Below are positions 61,084 through 64,000 of a stretch of 64,000 nucleotides of DNA, one piece after another. Source of the stretch: Azolla caroliniana (taxonomy: Eukaryota > Plantae > Polypodiophyta); the NCBI GenBank assembly GCA_043228905.1, contig JBHGNT010000021.1:10974001-11038000 (forward strand), in the 5' to 3' direction. The translations under genes and the position numbers were made by a program. A model generated the notes under the pieces. It did not search any database and was not told the origin of the DNA. It worked only from the letters and a program-made list of their open reading frames with translations. Numbering within the stretch: the stretch's first letter is position 1; each line of letters opens with the position of its first letter.

Positions 61084-64000
61084 TGTTGAAAAACAGTGCT
61101 CGGCCACAACCGAGGAATAGGATCAACTCACAGAAAACGGGAAATACAAAATGCACGAGGACAATAGAGAGAAAGGTACACTGGATATTTTACGTGGAAA
61201 ACCCTAAATGGGAAAAACCACGGGAGTCCTCAAACTCCAACTATCACTATGAACAGGGATGCACACTGGTGAAGCTGCAAGGCAACAACCTTGAGCTCAC
61301 TGTCTTCGCCACAGGCGGCGGTAATACACAGAGGCAACGACCTCTTCGTCTCTCTCTCTCTCTCTCTCTCTGCTGCACTCTCGGCTGCTCTCACTTCGCA
61401 TAAAAATGAGCAACAACTACAAAACTGTTTGCCCTAAGTCATATTTATGCACATATGACTTTCGGGCTATTTACAAATATGGCCTCAAGGGCCCTTGGCA
61501 AACATATTCACAAATATGTCCCCGCATCCGGATCTCTCTCCGGGTACATTCATCATCCGGCTCCGTAGCCGGGTCTTCGTCATTCGGCTCCGTAGCCGGG
61601 GTCTTCATCATCCGTCTCCGTAACCGGGCACTCTTCATCCTCCGGTTCCGTAACCGCAACCGGGCTTGCCGTCATTCATCTCCGGACATCCCATCCGGAG
61701 GGACCGAAATCCCAACAAACTCCCCCTTCACTTCGGCATGGGATGTCTTTCCAGTCCGACCCTCTTCCGGCACGCTTCCAGCTTGTCGGGTGTGAGCACT
61801 TTGGTCAGCATATCTGACCCGTTCTCTTCCGTGTGGATCTTCGTCAGCACGAACTCCTGGTCTTCTATCCTTTCCCGGATCCAGTGATATCTTCGCTGGA
61901 TGTGCTTCGTCCGGGAGTGATAGGCCGCGTTCTTCGTAAGGTGGATGGCACTCTGACTGTCGCAGTAGAGTCGGTACTCCTCTTGCCGGATACCGAGCTC
62001 TCTAATGAAGTCCTTCATCCATATTATTTCCTTGCCGGCTTCAACAGCCGCCATGTACTCCGCCTCCGTGGTTGACAATGCAACCGTCTTCTGCAGCCTC
62101 GACTGCCACGAAACAGCTCCCCCTGCATACGTCATCACATACCCTGATGTGGAACGGCTGGTATCTTCATCAGCCGACATATCCGAATCGGTAAAGCCAT
62201 CGAGTTCGGGCTTACCGGAGCCGAATCGGAGGCACACGTTTGCCGTGCCCTTCAGGTATCGAAGTATCCACTTGACCGCGTTCCAGTGGTCTTTGCCGGG
62301 ATTGCTCATGTACCGGCTCACCACTCCGACTGCGTATCCTATGTCCGGTCTTGTACACACCATTGCGTACATCAAGCTTCCGACGGTAGAGGCATATGGT
62401 ACTTTCATCATGTCCTCCTTCTCAGCCTTTGTCTTGGGGCTTTGCTTGCTGGACAACTTGCAGTTTGCCGGGAGGGTTGACCCGACCGGTCTTGCTTCCG
62501 ACATGTTGAACCGGTGAAGCACCTTTGTCACGTACTTCTCCTGTGACAGCCACAACTGCTTCTTCTTCCGGTCCCGGATGATGTGCATCCCTAGTATTTG
62601 CCTCGCCGGACCCAGGTCCTTCATTGAGAAGGTTCGGTGAAGCGCTTTCTTCAGCGTCCGTATCTTGACCTGGTCCCGTCCGACGATCAACATGTCGTCC
62701 TCGTATAGGAGGAGTATTAGAAAGTCTCCTCCTTCGAACTTCTTCACAAACACGCAGTGATCGGACTGCGTTTTGTGGTACCCTTCGTCGGTCATGAAGG
62801 AGCCGAACTTCCGGTACCATTGCCGGGGAGCCTGCTTCAGTCCGTAAAGGCTCTTCTTCAACTGGCATACCAGGTGCTCCTTCCCTTTCTTCTCGAATCC
62901 TTCCGGTTGCTGCATGTAGATCTCTTCTTCGAGGTCACCGTGAAGGAATACCGTCTTCACGTCCATCTGTTCTATCTCGAGGTCCATGCTTGCCGCTATG
63001 CTCAGCACCGTCCGGATGGAGGTCATCTTCACTACCGGGGCAAATATCTCGTCGAAGTCGACGCCCTTCTTCTGCTGAAACCCCTTCACCACGATCCTGG
63101 CTTTGTATCTCGGGGGGTTTCCGGCATCTCTCGGTTTCAGCTTGAACACCCACTTGTTTCGAAGTGCCCGCTTTCCTTTCGGCAACTCCACAAGTTCATA
63201 TGTGTGGTTTTCATGCAGGGAATCCATCTCGTCCTGCATGGCACTCAACCACCTGCGGCTCTGGGTGTCATGCTTTGCTTCTTCAAAGCTCTCCGGCTCC
63301 CCCTCGTCGGTTAGCAGCACGTGCTCTGGTTCCGGAAATCTCCGGGGGGCCCTTCTCTCTCTTAGAGGATATCTCCGTTCCGGAGCTTCGGTAACCGGTT
63401 CTTCCGATTCTTCTTCATCCGAATCCATTTCGGGATCGGGGCCGGTTCCGGTATCATTTTCATCTTCTTCGGCCGGTTCTGTTTCTTCACCGTCTTCGGC
63501 CGGATCCTCGAGTGCTAACCGGTCCCTTGCCGGTCGGGACTGCTCCTCGTAGAGTTGATCCTCACCGGTCGACTTGGAGCTCTTCATCTTCTTCTCCGAC
63601 TCCCAGTCGGCGAGTGTCTTGTCCTCCATGAAGATGATATCTCGACTCCTGAATATCTTCTTGTCGACCGGGTCCCATACTCGGTAGCCGAACTCGTCGT
63701 CGCCGTAACCGAGGAATATGCATGGCCGGGTCTTTGGATCTAACTTTCCTCTCCGGTCCTTTGCCACATGCACGTATGCGAGACACCCGAACACCTTCAG
63801 ATGCCGGTAGGACACTTCCTTACCGGTCCACACTTTCTGCGGCGTGTCTCCGTCCAAAGGTACTGAGGGTGATCTATTTATCACATACGTCGCCGTCGAC
63901 ATTGCCTCAGCCCAAAATCCCTTGGGTAATTTCGCATGTGCTAGCATACTCCGGACCCTCTCCATTATGGTCCGGTTCATCCTCTCGGCCAGCCCGTTCA
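61084..64000 (-). mobile_element. Ty1/copia C4b (same family as C4), 3' half; 3' LTR about 61084-61717
   Basis: LTR start TGTTGGGATT after PPT; LTR homologous to that of C4; runs off the window. Confidence 0.95.
61728..63980 (-). CDS. copia pol (integrase C-terminus, RT, RNase H), partial
   Basis: Uninterrupted 750-aa ORF nearly identical to C4; the RT motif reads LYEDD instead of LYVDD. Confidence 0.88.
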   Translation of the reverse strand: MNRTIMERVRSMLAHAKLPKGFWAEAMSTATYVINRSPSVPLDGDTPQKVWTGKEVSYRHLKVFGCLAYVHVAKDRRGKLDPKTRPCIFLGYGDDEFGYRVWDPVDKKIFRSRDIIFMEDKTLADWESEKKMKSSKSTGEDQLYEEQSRPARDRLALEDPAEDGEETEPAEEDENDTGTGPDPEMDSDEEESEEPVTEAPERRYPLRERRAPRRFPEPEHVLLTDEGEPESFEEAKHDTQSRRWLSAMQDEMDSLHENHTYELVELPKGKRALRNKWVFKLKPRDAGNPPRYKARIVVKGFQQKKGVDFDEIFAPVVKMTSIRTVLSIAASMDLEIEQMDVKTVFLHGDLEEEIYMQQPEGFEKKGKEHLVCQLKKSLYGLKQAPRQWYRKFGSFMTDEGYHKTQSDHCVFVKKFEGGDFLILLLYEDDMLIVGRDQVKIRTLKKALHRTFSMKDLGPARQILGMHIIRDRKKKQLWLSQEKYVTKVLHRFNMSEARPVGSTLPANCKLSSKQSPKTKAEKEDMMKVPYASTVGSLMYAMVCTRPDIGYAVGVVSRYMSNPGKDHWNAVKWILRYLKGTANVCLRFGSGKPELDGFTDSDMSADEDTSRSTSGYVMTYAGGAVSWQSRLQKTVALSTTEAEYMAAVEAGKEIIWMKDFIRELGIRQEEYRLYCDSQSAIHLTKNAAYHSRTKHIQRRYHWIRERIEDQEFVLTKIHTEENGSDMLTKVLTPDKLEACRKRVGLERHPMPK

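Overview
Eukaryotic, almost certainly land-plant DNA; the PPR style and retroelement types suggest a fern or other seed-free plant, which is inference only. One host gene, an intronless PLS-class PPR ORF (23931-26006), sits among nested and mostly decayed LTR retrotransposons. There are five Ty1/copia insertions plus an orphan copia 3' LTR, one Tat/Athila-like gypsy remnant, and seven copies or remnants of a non-chromoviral Ty3/gypsy lineage primed by tRNA-Trp. That lineage is the most interesting system. (1) All five visible gag-protease/pol junctions carry a G_GAU_UUU slippery heptamer (one decayed) followed by an H-type pseudoknot with compensatory base changes across three diverged families, implying a programmed -1 frameshift after the protease. 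(2) Every readable insertion site is a 4-bp target with a central CpG or its deamination product. (3) A 1.7-kb non-coding foldback element has the same TGTCG...CGACA ends and an NCGN TSD. (4) LTRs of two families carry an antisense tRNA-like A-box/B-box module with identical spacing. All alignments, pairings and counts were done by eye.
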